A stretch of 24,644 nucleotides of DNA from Octopus sinensis. Lineage: Eukaryota. Positions 21,807 to 24,644 of this stretch are shown here, piece after piece. The notes below the pieces were generated by a model, which saw only the letters and a list, made by a program, of their open reading frames with translations, made no database searches and was not told the origin of the DNA. Position 1 is the first letter of the stretch. Each line of letters begins with the position of its first letter. The position numbers and the translations under genes were made by a program. Where the stretch lies: positions 1-24,644 of the forward strand of contig NW_021836355.1 of assembly GCF_006345805.1 (NCBI RefSeq), written 5' to 3'.

Positions 21807-21960
21807 GAGGCTGTGTGGTAAGTAGCTTGCTTACCAACCACATGGTTCCGGGTTCAGTCCCACTGCGTGACACCTTGGGCAAGTGTCTTCTGCTATAGGT
21901 TCGGGCCGACCAAAGCCTTGTGAGTGGATTTGGTAGACGGAACCTGAATGAATCCCGTCG
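21807..21960 (+). mobile_element. CORE-like SINE 5' half
   Basis: GGCTGTGTGGTAAGTAGCTTGCTTACCAACCACATGGTTCCGGGTTCAGTCCCACTGCGTGACACCTTGGGCAAGTGTC. Confidence 0.85.
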
Positions 21961-22002
21961 CATGTATATATATATATGTGTGTGTATTATATATGTAAAT
22001 AT

Positions 22003-22057
<55 letters not shown>

Positions 22058-22160
22058 ATACGTGTATGTGTGTGTGTGAGAGTGTGTGTGTGTGTGTGGT
22101 GCGTATGTGTGTGTGTGCGTGTGTGTGTTTGTGTCTGTTTCTCTCTATGTGTGTGTATGA

Positions 22161-22330
22161 CGGCACATGGCTTAGCGGATACGGTGTACATTCGATAGAA
22201 ACATCCCAAACCGGTCGTACCTTGTGTTCTTGCGCAAAACTTCTATGATACCTCGTTCCTGTCCACTCAGCCGTAAATTGATTTGCCCTGCCACGGACTG
22301 GTGCTCAGCGCAGTGAGAACCTTAGCCTGA
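22161..22330 (+). mobile_element. Highly degenerate tRNA/CORE-like SINE
   Basis: GGCACATGGCTTAGCGG head, TTGTGTTCTTGCGCAAAAC..GTCCACTCAGCCGTAAAT core, CCCTGCCACGGACTGG tail start. Confidence 0.5.
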
Positions 22331-23058
22331 TCTCCTACCTCGTGAAAGGAGATCATTTGAAAGGTGCAAGAATGCCAGGAGGCACATTCTAACTAGCAAT
22401 GTATAACCACATCCAAAAGTCCGGTCGATATGGTGAAACAGTGAACATATGTATACACACACATATACACGCACACGCGCACACACACACACACACACAT
22501 ATATGTCTGTCTCTCTCCTTCTCTCTAAACTCACACGCGCGTACGCACATACACATACCGTATTTTGCGGCTTAGAACCTTGAAATTATGATGGTGCTTC
22601 CATGGTTTTAGTTAAGTAATAGTTGATGTTATTTAATTATTTAGCAAGACAAGTTATCTAACTGTTGGCGTGAGCAAACGCAAAGACACACACATATATA
22701 TAAGTGTTTATATACATATATATAAATCTCTTTACACACAGACACACATACACACGCATATATTCATACACATAAATATACATATATATGATATAAACAC
22801 ATATATGCATACGTGTGTAAATACTTCACGGTAACATACAAATGTTAATTAAAATATTTATCCATCCGTCTCTATAAAGTCAACAGATAAGGTTCAGAGA
22901 TTCTCGGCGTAGAAAACTATTTGTAGCGCTCAAAAGTTTAAAAGTTAGACTCTTGTGTCTTTGTGTGGGACCAATTCTATGGGTATAAAGAGAGGCCATA
23001 CCAAGAATCCAGATGAGCAGACATTGAGGCAATTATGCGGATAAGTAAATTAAATATC

Positions 23059-23300
23059 TTTTGCCGAACCGCTAATGTTACAGGGACGTAAACACACCAA
23101 AATCGGTTGTCAAGACACGCAAACATATACATACACATACATATATATATACATATATACGACGAGCTTCTTTCAGTTTCTGTCTACCAAATCCACTCGC
23201 GAGGCTTTGGTGGGACTGAACCCGGAACCATGAGGTTGGGAAGCAAGCTACTTACTACACAGCCACTCCTGCACCTATTCATACAGCCACTCCTGCACCT
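23059..23300 (-). mobile_element. CORE-like SINE, internally deleted, with a duplicated 5' end
   Basis: TTTTGCCGAACCGCTAA...GGGACTGAACCCGGAACC...; CAGCCACTCCTGCACCTAT occurs twice. Confidence 0.8.
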
Positions 23301-23489
23301 ATATATATATATATATATATAAGTGTAAGTGATTTATCTGGAATTGGACGGAGGAATTCATTCAGGAACCGTTTAAACGTTATGATTTTTTTTATTTATC
23401 TTGTGTCTTGGCATGGTGTTAAAGCGAGTTGGGCTAGTTGAAACGAAGCAGTTCTGTTTTACAGTTATTTAAAGACGCAAATATTGATG

Positions 23490-23701
23490 TCAAATTTTGA
23501 CACAATGCCAGCAATTTGGGGCGGGCGAAGGGTAAATCGATTTCATCGATCTCAGTTCTCCACTGGTACTTATTTTATCGACTCCGAAAGAATGAAAGGC
23601 AAAGTCGACCGCGGCAGAATTTGAACTCTGAACATAAAAACGAACGAAATACCGCAACACATTTTACCTCGTGTGCTTAAGAATCTTCCACCTCGCCGCC
23701 T
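23490..23701 (-). mobile_element. Meta-like SINE with the alternative tail
   Basis: AAATTTTGACACAATGCCAGCAATT...CTGGTACTTATTTTATCGAC..GAAAGGCAAAGTCGACC..GAATTTGAACTC..CTCGCCGCC. Confidence 0.75.
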
Positions 23702-24644
23702 TTGAACACCTAAATATTCATTAAATCTTATAATAGTATAATCAATGTACGAGCTCTGGTTTTTCAGAAATGCACCCTTCTGCTAATATCAGAATGTATG
23801 GATCATGCCCGATACTTACATGTTTTTGTCTGGGAATTTATCTTTCGTTTGATGAAGGCGAACGAAATTAATATTAATTCAAAATTGCCTAACCGGTATT
23901 TTGTCTGAAAAAAACTGGAAGCCAGTCCATTTTAGTCTAAGTTCAATAATCTCAGTGAACAATGTACGAACAATGGATGTTTCTACATGTTTTTAAGTGA
24001 TTGCCTCATGTTGTTTTCCGCCAGACGTCTTACAAATAAACTGCAACTTTACTGTCATCTCCGCCATATTGCCTTACTGTCATATAGTAAGTCGTTAGCA
24101 GGTGTGCGTGTAGGCGCCGCTGTTAGTTTTAAATGAGAATGTAACACAACGATAATAAATCACATATATGAATCTGACGAGGTGGTGTGGCACAGTATCT
24201 GCCTGATCTACCGCATGATATATATCTGCCTTACTGACAAGATGAAACGAAAGCTTTCTAGATAGTTCTAATAGATTTATTTAACTGAATTGAATCAGTT
24301 TCAATCCCTTGCTATACCAAGCAACAATTTCAACCATTTTTTTTTTCTTTCTTCAGTTGGCAATTCTATAATTTTGGAAATTATTTATTTATGTACATGC
24401 CGAACCTTAATTGTCAAATGCAAGACGACATTCGGAACTAAAATTACATCATTGATATATCATAAATACGTAATGTAAATGAATAGTCTTTGTTTCTTCC
24501 AAATAACTCGTCTCTTCATGGGCTTTTATCTTCATATCAAATCAGATTTAGGAACATATTAAATTCCATCTCTGTATTAAAACTATCTTGAACAAAACTG
24601 TATACATGTATGTATATATTCGCGTATGCATATGTGTAGGTGCC

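Larger units (their letters stand above)
21708..22873 (+). repeat. 88-bp direct repeat pair (21708-21795 and 22786-22873)
   Basis: 79/88 identical, ungapped, offset 1078 bp. Confidence 0.85.

Noticed and set aside
1343-22534. Dozens of ORFs rich in YI, HT, CV, LS or poly-L/K repeats
   Set aside because: They are translations of (AT)n, (AC)n, (AGAT)n and (CTT)n microsatellites that lack stop codons; no domain content.

Overview
Eukaryotic, repeat-saturated non-coding DNA with no supportable host gene. The SINE families and very dense (AT)n/(AC)n/(AGAT)n microsatellites suggest an octopod cephalopod; this is inferred from remembered repeat motifs, not from a search. Nearly all listed ORFs are microsatellite or SINE artefacts. 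The window holds many tRNA-derived SINEs (Meta-like and CORE-like, with swapped tails), a complete but decayed Tc1 transposon with a nested SINE, and mariner, RTE and CR1/L2 remnants. It also holds several Penelope-like element (PLE) components: a decayed RT-linker/GIY-YIG ORF (11.1-11.8 kb), a pseudo-LTR-like partial tandem inserted in (AT)n (3.3-4.2 kb), and two degenerate dispersed hammerhead motifs (9.2 and 15.3 kb). The most notable feature is a 336-bp-period tandem repeat at 16.4-17.0 kb. Each copy carries a minimal type I hammerhead ribozyme with a palindromic helix III, the arrangement expected for dimeric self-cleavage and a possible retrozyme-like circular RNA. The most abundant SINE also forms head-to-tail multimers with a recurrent junction, and one trimer sits inside a single 14-bp TSD. 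Coordinates were counted by hand; boundaries of degenerate repeats are approximate.
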